Shown here in pieces: positions 46,993-56,500 of a DNA stretch of 64,000 nt; position 1 is the stretch's first letter, and each line of letters begins with the position of its first letter. The notes below the pieces were generated by a model. The model saw only the letters and a list, made by a program, of their open reading frames with translations, did no database searches and was not told the DNA's origin. The stretch lies in IMG/VR virus record IMGVR_UViG_3300036713_000599; one strand, given 5' to 3'. The position numbers and the translations under genes were made by a program. The DNA is from a virus. Taxonomy: Duplodnaviria > Caudoviricetes.

Positions 46993-47640
46993 ATGAACAT
47001 GAGAATTCTTGAAGCTTTTCGGGTAGCCGGAAGCTCCTTTAAATCGGCATTGAGCAACCAATACGAAGAGAACGCTCGGATCAAGGTCCGAGGTGACGTT
47101 TTTTTTGAAATGAGGGATGGGAAGACGGGGGAGCTTCAATTCAAACAAGCGAAGCGAAATCTGGTCGTAAAAGATGCTTCGATTTTAATCGCACGCCTCA
47201 TCAAAGATAATGCTGAGCCCTCTAAGGGTTCTTATGTTTTGGCAGTTGGTACGGGGGATACTGGATGGGATCTCCAGAATCCACCTGCCCCTACCGACAC
47301 ACAGCGAGCCCTTTACTCTGAGATCACTCGCAAAACATTCTCTTCCACCCAGTTTATCAACTCGGGTGGTTCACCCGTCAGTTACCCTACCAACATTGTC
47401 GACTTTACTACCATTTTCACCGAGTCAGAGGCGGTAGGGCCGATCGTTGAAATGGGGTTGATTGGCGGGAACATTGATTCCAACCTCGCAGTAAAGAATC
47501 CGGTGTCACCTCCCAACGGTACTTACGATGACACGGTAGATCTCACGGCTTACGAAACACTTCTCAATTACCTCACTTTCGCAGTCGTCAACAAACCGGC
47601 GACATCCACGCTCCAACTAACGTGGCGGCTTACATTTTGA
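46993..47640 (+). CDS. Second tail-fibre attachment / tail-collar-like protein, 215 aa
   Basis: GAGGAG SD. RNLVV...LAVGTG...PTDTQRALYSEITRK...TTIFTESEAVGPIVEMGL...LQLTWRLTF belongs to the same family as 17917..18423. Confidence 0.7.
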   Translation: MNMRILEAFRVAGSSFKSALSNQYEENARIKVRGDVFFEMRDGKTGELQFKQAKRNLVVKDASILIARLIKDNAEPSKGSYVLAVGTGDTGWDLQNPPAPTDTQRALYSEITRKTFSSTQFINSGGSPVSYPTNIVDFTTIFTESEAVGPIVEMGLIGGNIDSNLAVKNPVSPPNGTYDDTVDLTAYETLLNYLTFAVVNKPATSTLQLTWRLTF

Positions 47641-47879
47641 TGGGAACGATGGAACTTAGACGTCCAATATGTGATGAGCCCCAGCCTTTCCGTCGAATGC
47701 ACGGATGTGTGTACGAAAAATGTCGACATAGAATCGAATATGTCCAGAAAACTGCTGTTTCGAGGAATGGTGTAGTACTAGACAGATCTTTGGCTGCAAA
47801 AGTCGGGCTAAACTTTAGCCAGATCGGGCAGCTAAGGACCGCTAGAAGCATTCCTGTGTTAGGAAAGGTTGCCTCCTGA
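47640..47879 (+). CDS. Small basic Cys/His-containing hypothetical protein, 79 aa
   Basis: TGATG overlaps at both ends (47638-47642 and 47877-47881) support translation. C-x9-H-x-C-x4-C-x-H cluster. Confidence 0.6.
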   Translation: MGTMELRRPICDEPQPFRRMHGCVYEKCRHRIEYVQKTAVSRNGVVLDRSLAAKVGLNFSQIGQLRTARSIPVLGKVAS

Positions 47880-50443
47880 TGGTCACCAAGAATTATGGGA
47901 CAGGTGTCAGTGGTTACTTGGACCCTGAGGGCCGGAGTTGGGAGACAGGCGTCTACTCGGCATCCAAGCCTGTCTTAGACAAGGAACTGAACCTTACCCA
48001 GGACGTTGTTCAGAATGAAATCCGGCGTCTTGGTAAGCGTTCATTCCCCTCAGGTTGGTTGACCTCTGAATATCTGGACACGTCAGACATGACGTCGGGT
48101 ATCTTCACAGCGTCAGCCACTGCAAACGAGCTGGAGATACCTCAAGACTTGTATGCGGCCATCAATGGTTGGCTCGTTCGTGTAGGGTATACGAACGCTG
48201 CGGGAGGTTCCAAGAATGTCTTAGATCTAGGAGCCGGCCCCTCTGGTGCAGGAGCCAAGAGAACTGATATTGTGGTCCTTGAGGTATGGCGTAAGCTTCT
48301 GTCTGCTTCCCCTGACACAGACGGGAAGAGCCCTGCCGGCCGAATTTGGTGGTTTGGGAACACCAAGATTGACCCGGCTGACGACCTGACACTGAACTTT
48401 GCGGATGACATCCTCGACTCTTCCCTTGGTTCCGAGTCGACGAAGCGAGTACAGATCCAATACCGTCTCAGGGTCATCCAAGGGGTGGATCTGTTCGCTT
48501 ATCCTCATGGCATAGACGACCCTACCGTGGTTGCCCATTCTGTACCTGTTTCGGCCGCGGCCCCTGATGGTGTGGCGACAACCTGGACATACGCAAACCA
48601 GTCAGCGGTGGGGGACCCAGGGCTATGGAGAGCGGGGGACGGTGTCCCCACAAACACGCTTGATACAGTAGACGGCTACATGTACGCTATCCCCTTGATG
48701 GCTGTGATTCGCCGCAACGATGCAGCATTTGATCGAAATTCCAACCATAATGGCGGTGTTGCTTCTCCCGGCCCCTCAGACCGTCCTGACGGGCTTTTCA
48801 ACGATATCCTCGACTCAAGAGACATTATCGATCTCCGGCTTGGTGTCGCCCCAGAAGGCTGGAACTATAGAGAGGTTACCGAGAAGAATATTCAGTTTCT
48901 CCTCGATAACAAAATTCGGACGGAAATTGTGCGAACGGCCATTGGTGGTGGTATGGACGGAAACACCGTCATGTGGGCCGATGAGGTGGGTGTGCTTCCC
49001 GGGGATGGCACGACCACAGGTGATACTCCTGGGGCTGAATTCATCGGCCAGTTCGACGCAGTTCGGAGAAGGTTTTCGGATCGAGTCATACATGAGACGG
49101 TCGTCCTCGCTTACACTCCGGCGGGGGCGACGTGGGTGAATAACGAGGTGATCACTATTGACCCGACTGCTCTACCCGTGTACCCTTACGCGGCCTTCAA
49201 CTGGGCAAGCAGGGCCCCGTCAGACATCTCCATTGTGGATATCTATGACGGTAAGTTCACTGGCGCGGTCGGCCAAGCGAGTCTCGGGAATTATGTTGCG
49301 ACGGGACTGAGTGCGGTACCACAGGGAAGTATCGCTTTGGATATCGGAACGGTCCCGGGCGGTGTAACGAATGAGACGTTGTACCTGTATGTAGAGATCG
49401 CATATCCTGTCGGTCAAGGGATCACCAAAACCCCGACGGCTGATTATGGAACTTCTTCATTCTCGATCAATAATCCTGGCTCTCTCCCCGCTGACTACGA
49501 CTCAGATGAATACGCCAACGTGTATTGGGCGAACCGAGAAGTGGAGTTGGCCTATCGGACGACCCAGGTAACGTTCACATTTACATCGGATGGTGCTCAA
49601 GACACTATCAGCATGCCAGAACGGGTAGCTTCTCTGGATAATGTTCGGATCAACGGCACGCCTTATGGCGGTGCGGTGTCCATTGATCCGACAGGCTACA
49701 TTATTACAGATGGTGCTTCTTCCGCATTTGGCTCTTCTCCTGGTGACACAGTGCTCGTGGAGTATCGTGCGGTACGACCCTATCCCCAGAACGGCGAGCA
49801 GGTGACTGTCTACTACGAGACCAGGGCCCCACAGACGGTTCGAGACGCGTCTCTCGGTGCTTCTCTCACAGTCATCCCGCGTTACATCGCTCCGTATGTC
49901 TACGTCTTGACTGCGGGCAGTGGTGCTCAGACTGAGGCGTATCCTTTCCCGTATCAGTATGTGCAAGCAGGAGGCGTATATCCTGGCTCGGGCGGCACCT
50001 TTTCAGGCGACCATGAGTTAGAAGGCTCCTCAACAATCTATACCGCTAACTTCTCGTCAGATACGGGTTTCGTGAAACTCGACACGAAGATTCCAATGGT
50101 GCCCTCACCGGAGAAACTCACTTTTAATCGAGTGGGCGGTGACGTGGACATTGAGGGGCGAAGCTACTACAAGTCCGTACCTGGTGGTGAATACGCACCC
50201 AACTCATTTGCTCAACCTTTGAGTGACCCGAAGAAACATAAGGTCCTTCAACCGATCATTGCTGAGCTTTCGGCGGACGAGACGTACGGGCCGAAAGGGG
50301 AGCTTGTTCTTGTTCTGATCAGTCGATGGGCATCCTTTGACGACGAGAACAGCGTAAAGTTCCTGTCCACCCTGGTAGATAATACTACGACTGCGAGTAT
50401 TTACCGGATTAAGGGCAATCTGTTGAACAATAGGAGAGATTGA
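47879..50443 (+). CDS. Large virion (baseplate/fibre) protein, paralog of 53589..57896, 854 aa
   Basis: The N-terminal ~350 aa share NYGTGVS, LEVW, RVQ(I/L)QYR(L/I)RV, GDPGLWRAGDG, TVDGY, RPD-x-LF...D(I)(I/L)DLR with the 1435-aa protein. The start resembles DUF4815-type virion proteins (recalled, not searched). Confidence 0.75.
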   Translation: MVTKNYGTGVSGYLDPEGRSWETGVYSASKPVLDKELNLTQDVVQNEIRRLGKRSFPSGWLTSEYLDTSDMTSGIFTASATANELEIPQDLYAAINGWLVRVGYTNAAGGSKNVLDLGAGPSGAGAKRTDIVVLEVWRKLLSASPDTDGKSPAGRIWWFGNTKIDPADDLTLNFADDILDSSLGSESTKRVQIQYRLRVIQGVDLFAYPHGIDDPTVVAHSVPVSAAAPDGVATTWTYANQSAVGDPGLWRAGDGVPTNTLDTVDGYMYAIPLMAVIRRNDAAFDRNSNHNGGVASPGPSDRPDGLFNDILDSRDIIDLRLGVAPEGWNYREVTEKNIQFLLDNKIRTEIVRTAIGGGMDGNTVMWADEVGVLPGDGTTTGDTPGAEFIGQFDAVRRRFSDRVIHETVVLAYTPAGATWVNNEVITIDPTALPVYPYAAFNWASRAPSDISIVDIYDGKFTGAVGQASLGNYVATGLSAVPQGSIALDIGTVPGGVTNETLYLYVEIAYPVGQGITKTPTADYGTSSFSINNPGSLPADYDSDEYANVYWANREVELAYRTTQVTFTFTSDGAQDTISMPERVASLDNVRINGTPYGGAVSIDPTGYIITDGASSAFGSSPGDTVLVEYRAVRPYPQNGEQVTVYYETRAPQTVRDASLGASLTVIPRYIAPYVYVLTAGSGAQTEAYPFPYQYVQAGGVYPGSGGTFSGDHELEGSSTIYTANFSSDTGFVKLDTKIPMVPSPEKLTFNRVGGDVDIEGRSYYKSVPGGEYAPNSFAQPLSDPKKHKVLQPIIAELSADETYGPKGELVLVLISRWASFDDENSVKFLSTLVDNTTTASIYRIKGNLLNNRRD

Positions 50444-52503
50444 TGCCGTCGTCAAAGTCCCTAGCTGAGGTAAATGCAGGAGCTGGAAAGCTTCACGCGA
50501 ACACTGCGACTGCGGCGTCTGATTTCCAGATGAGCGGTGGAGCGGAATCTTTACTCGCTGCTTCTACTGCGGCTTTGAATCAAGAGATTGCCGCTCCTAC
50601 AGACATAAACGTCAACCTTACTCTGAACGACACCTCTGTCGTTTTAGATGCGAGCCTTTATGGTCCTTTCTGGTTGGGGTATAGTGGAGAAACTGTCGGA
50701 GACGTGTTCGATATCGTCAATACCTCGGATGATTCTCGAATCACGGATACGGTTGGCAACCCTATTTACATCACAGGTATTACAGGTGCCTCGATTGGCT
50801 CAGGTACCTTCACTTCGAATGTTATCACGTTCAATTTGAGTGGAGGTATCCCTCTCACGGGGTCGTACAAGTTTAAATTCTCGAAAAGAGCCACTTTAAA
50901 TAATTTTCTGACTGGAGCCATGGCAACGGGTCGGAGATTTGTCCCCGAACCCCCTATTATCGAATCCCGATTCCAGGCTATTTTGAGCGATGTGTCGGTT
51001 TCGTGGGACAGTACGCCAATTATCTCACTACGTGAGTCGGCTTTATCTGGTCTTGAAGAGAGATACAATCGAGCCGGTTCAGTGACTGGCTCGCCAGTCC
51101 TTAATGGTCCTGGTGACGGTGGTCTCATTCGGAGGACGGGGCAGGCAGTTACGGTACAAGGTACGGCAAGCACCTATTCGTACAGTAATCCTCAACCTGA
51201 CGCTTACTGGGCCCAATTCATGGTAACAGCCGGTCCGGCTGCTGTTGGCACAAGCTCCCTTGCGAATCGAGACGGAGGTACAGGTTTCGTCGGGGTTCTT
51301 CAGCAGAGGACTACGACGTCAACTTCTCAAATTACAGCCGCGCAGTCGTTGACTCTTGCGAGTCGGATTGACGTCATTCAAAGAAATGTCACAGCCGCGA
51401 CTATTGGTTCTGGCGACGTCAAAACCAAGGTTAGTCCGTCAAATTCAACGGACACTGCTCTTAACCCTGATGGAGGAGCGACGGCTGATGATCTGCGGAC
51501 CGTTCGCCTCGGCACCGGCGACTATTTCTGGGAAGTTGCTTCAGGAGATGATCTGTCTGAGGTTGCGGTTGGCTATGACATGGTTGAAGTAACATTGCCA
51601 GGTGGTGAGACACAGGCATATGTTATCACTGAGTTATTTGGCGGCCCTCACTCATCGAGTCCTGTTCCTGGAGAAGACACACGAAGGGCGCTTGTTCGAA
51701 CCCTTGCAGGCGACAGCCCTACTTTCCCTTCAGGGATTGCCACCACAGGTGTGACTTTTCGTTTTGTAAAAACGAAGCAATTCGCAGGTGTCGGTACACA
51801 AGCGCTGAGAAGCAAGATCGGTAGTCATGCCGATCCCATCCTCTTAGGTGGTTTTTATCACGCGATTGTGCCACCTCTCACGAACAATCCTGGTGTCTCA
51901 GGCTCGGACGAGTCTCACCCAGGTAATGTCCAATTTTTTGCTTTAGGGCAATCTCCAGATAGAGACTTCTTCAACATCACTAACGGTTTCGCTGCCCTTC
52001 AATGGGGGGGCCATGACGCTGCGCAGCATGTACAAAAGATCGCAGGCAGTCTTCGAGGTGACGGTACGGTAGAATGTTCGATGGTTAGTCGGACCGGTAA
52101 GGTCGAAACAGTTACTGCGACTGGGACGGTCTCATGGAATCCGGCTCTCGAAGGTTCGATTTTGAACATTATCTTGAACCACGCCTCGGGTAATATTGCT
52201 GTGGCAATAGATCTTGTCTCGGATTACATCAACAATACCTTACGTCCAGGCGACGAACTGACTGTCGTCATACATAATTCTCCGAATGCTCCGGATGCGG
52301 GCGGAGGTGGTGGGACTGCCACAGCAACGTTCACCTGGTCCCCTGAATTTATTTTCAGTGGTGTAGATGCCAACCCAAACCCCAACAATGACCTTGGTGG
52401 AGCAATCACTGTGCATAAGTATCACGGTACCATGGTCGTGATGAGCGACTCTTCTACCAAGTGTTTGATGACGCTCACGACCTACCTTGGAGCGGGAGCC
52501 TGA
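50443..52503 (+). CDS. Tail-fibre-like protein, 686 aa
   Basis: AGGAG SD and TGATG overlap at 50443. S/T/G-rich beta composition; the C-terminal domain is paralogous to the next gene. Confidence 0.7.
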   Translation: MPSSKSLAEVNAGAGKLHANTATAASDFQMSGGAESLLAASTAALNQEIAAPTDINVNLTLNDTSVVLDASLYGPFWLGYSGETVGDVFDIVNTSDDSRITDTVGNPIYITGITGASIGSGTFTSNVITFNLSGGIPLTGSYKFKFSKRATLNNFLTGAMATGRRFVPEPPIIESRFQAILSDVSVSWDSTPIISLRESALSGLEERYNRAGSVTGSPVLNGPGDGGLIRRTGQAVTVQGTASTYSYSNPQPDAYWAQFMVTAGPAAVGTSSLANRDGGTGFVGVLQQRTTTSTSQITAAQSLTLASRIDVIQRNVTAATIGSGDVKTKVSPSNSTDTALNPDGGATADDLRTVRLGTGDYFWEVASGDDLSEVAVGYDMVEVTLPGGETQAYVITELFGGPHSSSPVPGEDTRRALVRTLAGDSPTFPSGIATTGVTFRFVKTKQFAGVGTQALRSKIGSHADPILLGGFYHAIVPPLTNNPGVSGSDESHPGNVQFFALGQSPDRDFFNITNGFAALQWGGHDAAQHVQKIAGSLRGDGTVECSMVSRTGKVETVTATGTVSWNPALEGSILNIILNHASGNIAVAIDLVSDYINNTLRPGDELTVVIHNSPNAPDAGGGGGTATATFTWSPEFIFSGVDANPNPNNDLGGAITVHKYHGTMVVMSDSSTKCLMTLTTYLGAGA

Positions 52504-52886
52504 TGAGTATGGAAAAATACGCCGAGCTAAACTTGTACCGGGCACGGGGCATCGTACATACCTTCACAGCCGACGGACCTTTCAATTGGGTTCCCGAACG
52601 AGACGGGTGCCTTCTCAAGTTGGATGCTGGTGCAGGTGGTCCTTGGACCGTTACTCTAAGTGTAACCCTCCCCACTGCTCCGACTCTTCCTACCGGAATG
52701 CGACTGTGGGTTGAATTTTACCAGGGCGGTGCAGGTGGCTCACTGATCACATGGCCTGGCTCTTTTCAGTTCCAGACGGCAGGTGATCAAATTCCAAATG
52801 CTGGAGTCGCCAACACTACCATTTGGACGGGTATTTTCGGGGTTGGTTCGTCCAACTGCTACATGACTAAGTTGGGGGAGTGGTGA
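52503..52886 (+). CDS. Stand-alone copy of the preceding fibre C-terminal domain, 127 aa
   Basis: TGATG overlap at 52503. Aligns by eye with ~52100-52503 (T-A-x-G-x-x-x-W-x-P...G-x-x-L...ITW/FTW...F...C-x-MT). Confidence 0.7.
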   Translation: MSMEKYAELNLYRARGIVHTFTADGPFNWVPERDGCLLKLDAGAGGPWTVTLSVTLPTAPTLPTGMRLWVEFYQGGAGGSLITWPGSFQFQTAGDQIPNAGVANTTIWTGIFGVGSSNCYMTKLGEW

Positions 52887-52887
52887 T

Positions 52888-53520
52888 ATGGGCACCGTCT
52901 TTTTAGTCGACGGACACACCTCTGTTCTTGCAAATTCGGAGATCAATGACACGATCCCCCTTGAGGCCGGTGAGACACAAACGCTCAATGGCAGCTTTGT
53001 AGTGAATGTCCCCTTCGGTGTTCCTGTAAACGGTACGCCTACGGATCTCACAACATTGCTTGCAGACAAATTTACCGGTTTACTCGCTTATTATCCAGGT
53101 TACACCTATATCGACTACGATGAAGGCATTGATGCCACTAATTGGGACTCATCGTCATCCCAAGGGGTAGGGTTGGGAGATCGTGGAAATGTCTATGTCC
53201 TGAATGGTGGGGTTCTTTTGTCCTCAGCTGTGACTCTGACAGGTGTCGCCCCTTCCGCTGCTATTATAACTTGGGAAGTCTTTGAGCTGAGCATGGAAAA
53301 CGATATTAATGGTGTAGTTCTTCGTAAGTACACAGAAGGTGACCCTTCTGACCTCACAGTGCAGGCTAGCTTCAATAACGGGACAGACTATACTAGCGGT
53401 ATCACAGACGGTGTTCAATTCGATATTCCCGCGTTTCGGCAGGGCGCTCAGTTCATTCTGAGGCTCACCAACTCCTCCGGCCGTCGGCTGTGGGTGGGGA
53501 GCTGGGCCGTCATCTATTGA
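52888..53520 (+). CDS. Hypothetical virion protein, 210 aa
   Basis: Intact ORF in the structural cluster; VQASFNNGTDY...FILRLTN beta-rich C-terminus. Confidence 0.7.
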   Translation: MGTVFLVDGHTSVLANSEINDTIPLEAGETQTLNGSFVVNVPFGVPVNGTPTDLTTLLADKFTGLLAYYPGYTYIDYDEGIDATNWDSSSSQGVGLGDRGNVYVLNGGVLLSSAVTLTGVAPSAAIITWEVFELSMENDINGVVLRKYTEGDPSDLTVQASFNNGTDYTSGITDGVQFDIPAFRQGAQFILRLTNSSGRRLWVGSWAVIY

Positions 53521-53588
53521 TCCACCTATGGACTGCGTACCGAAGAAGATGGGAAGTCCCCGACTCAAGATGAATACGGAGATGGTCA

Positions 53589-56500
53589 ATGTCGCGTAAT
53601 TACGGTACGGGCGTGAGCCGAGTGCTTGATGTAGACAGTCGTCAGTTCACGAACGTTATATTCCAGCAAGGCCGTCCTCCACTTGATGGTGAATTCACCA
53701 TGCTTGCTGACCTGACGGAGGATTGGCGACGTATCCACGTCCTTCGAGGTTGCCCTTCAGGAGTTCTTTCTAATGTGACCAACACTGAGGGGGATTTCAT
53801 CACAGATAACTCCTGGTCCAACTGGTTCCGGCTCGGACAGCAAAAGACTGGTGAGACAAAGGCTGTTGTGTGGGTTTGCGTGAATGGTTGGATCATTCCA
53901 GTGACGGGCACAGGAACAGGCACACCTCCTGGTAGCCCCAATGACTCGGATACTTGGAACAAAATCACGCTTGACCCGCCTCCATCGAATTCAGGGGACA
54001 GTCGGATTGATTTTGTCTTCCTAGAGGTCTGGCTGGCAAAGGTTGCCCCGAACCCGAGCACAGTCAACAAACCTGGCGCTTCAACTCTATATCGTTACGG
54101 TAACGTCGAGGGCGGTTATTCTTATATATCTGATGACATCCAGGACCCTGCTCTCGGTTTCGAGACGACACAGCGTGTTCAGCTTCAGTACCGTATTCGT
54201 GTAGTGAGTGGGCTCATTGGCCTCACATCCTATCCTGATGGCTTTGACCCCGCAGTGGTCAAAGCCTGGGGTTCCGCAGCAGCAGATACTTCCTACACGT
54301 TCGAGAACATGCGACAAGAATTGGGCGACCCTGGCCTTTGGAGGGCTGGAGACGGGACCAGCAACACGTTGGGCACCGTAGATGGTTACAGTTACGCTGT
54401 GCCCATTTGTGCTGTATTCCGACGCAACAGCGTGGCATGGGATGGCGACCCCGGGCAAAATTTGAATGGGGCCTTCAATCGCAACCCAACTGCGACGGAC
54501 CGGACGGGAGCGACCACCTTCTCAACGGCAGCAACGCTTGCGTCAGCCCTCAATGATTCGGACCTGTCCTTGTCTCTCGTGTCGGCGACAGGCATTCCCT
54601 TACCGTTGTCCCCTGCATCGGCTGTCACGATCAAGGTTGATGATGAGATCATGACCTACTCTGTAATCACAGGTACGACCATGACTTTGACCAATCGAGG
54701 TTTTCTGGACACGAAGGCGGAGAACCATTTAGCGGGGGCTACGGTGGAAGTTCTGGCGGGTAGACCAGACGAGTTATTCAGTGATCAAATTGCCTCGACG
54801 GACATTCTAGACCTCCGGCATACAGTCAATCCAAATGGATTTGACTACAACTCGATGCTGCACCAAGGGCTAGATAAACTCCTTCGCGGTGAAATGCGTG
54901 GAAATTGGAAGCGATCTGGTGGAGGCCCACAAGGGCCTTTCGTGTTCTACCAGGACAAGATCTCTGCTTCGGCCGCGGCTCTTGGTGTGACCTTATTAGA
55001 CGCTCCTGACGGCCACCGCACGGTGTATTCAGATGCTTCAATGATCCAGGTGATGGAGTTTATAGCCAAAGCTCCTCCAGCTCAGTCGACCTCTGAAGAC
55101 GTTTCTGTCGCTTGGGGTTTGGGCCTTAGCGGGACAGCAGACAACTCTGGAGGATCGACAGGGCTCTACAATCCTGGCGACACCATCACCATTCCCGTGG
55201 CTCAACTTAAAAACAGTATGCCTGGTGTCGATTCTGACCAGCTACAATTCCTCTCGGGTACGGGAGCTGTGGCTATCCGTATTGATGGCTCGGATGAATT
55301 CCTGGTTGAAGGCACGGATTATTCTGTGACTGCTGTCACGGGACCTAGCGATGATCTGACAATCACCTTGGAATCTGGGTTCCCAGCGAGCGTGGACAAG
55401 AACCTGTACATCACATTCCACGTTCTGTGGGGGCCTGGAAGAGGCATCAGCCGCCGCCCTGACCTTGTCCATAGCGTGTCGTATCTCAGCGGCAATACGA
55501 ACATACTGCTTCCTCAGATCGGAGTTCCGGCGGATAACACTCCCCTGCCCACTTCCTGGGCACCTCTGTGGTCAAAGTACCGTGACAGTGTGTTCAACAA
55601 TCTACTTCCTGTGACGGCTCCAGCTTATGTGGACCCTGGAAGCAAGACAGTCGTGCTCACGCCTTTCCGTAGAGTGGACCTTCCGGATGAATTCCGGACA
55701 CTTGACGGCTCTTATGTCAACTGGAACACTGGTTCTGTGGCAGCGAGCGGAACAGACGGCATAACTAACGGCACGACAGACTTCAACAGTGCGTTGGCTA
55801 ATTTTGGCAGTGGTGGCGACGACATAGACACTGGTGATGTGATTGTCATCTCATCTGGAGCTGCCGTCGGGTTCTATTATGTCGCTAGTCGGACAGACGA
55901 CAACAATCTCGTCCTAGATCGGAATGCTCCGGCAGCCACCAGCACGTACACGATCTACCGTACACAAGGGCTCATGCCTTTGGACGACACCAGTGGTACA
56001 TCCAAGTGGTCGATTACTGACCCGTTGGAGCTTTTCTCTAGCAGGAACGACCCAGCACCGGCTACGAAAAACATCTACGTGCAGATGCCTCGTAAACTTA
56101 TTCCGGGTTGGGGTGCTGTTCATGTGCCGATCATCCACACAGACAACACTGTGTGGGATGAGGGGATCAACTTCCTGGTGTTCACGGAAAAGGGGGACAA
56201 GTCTGCCGGACCTAATTCTGAAAAGAACTTTGTCCCTTTCAGTAACGGTACTTTTAGCTACGCTGCTTTTTCGACTGTCGACCTGGACTCTTACCCAAGT
56301 AGTGCCACATACAACACGAAGTACGTGTCTGCTAGTTTGCCTTATGCAGGAATGAGAAAATACACAGACACAAGGTCTTTAGGCAGAGAAGGGTTGGAGC
56401 TACCTCCCTTCTACGGCATTGCTCGTCTATTTGCTGTGTATGAGGCCCAAGACTACATTACAAACAGGTCTGCTTACGACCCGACCTCACGAGCCCTGGA

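Noticed and set aside
53521-53600. Tiny ORF (MDCVPKKM..., 23 aa) or read-through extension in the gap before the 1435-aa gene
   Set aside because: Too short, no SD, and no supporting features; the gap is adequately explained as a regulatory or RBS region.
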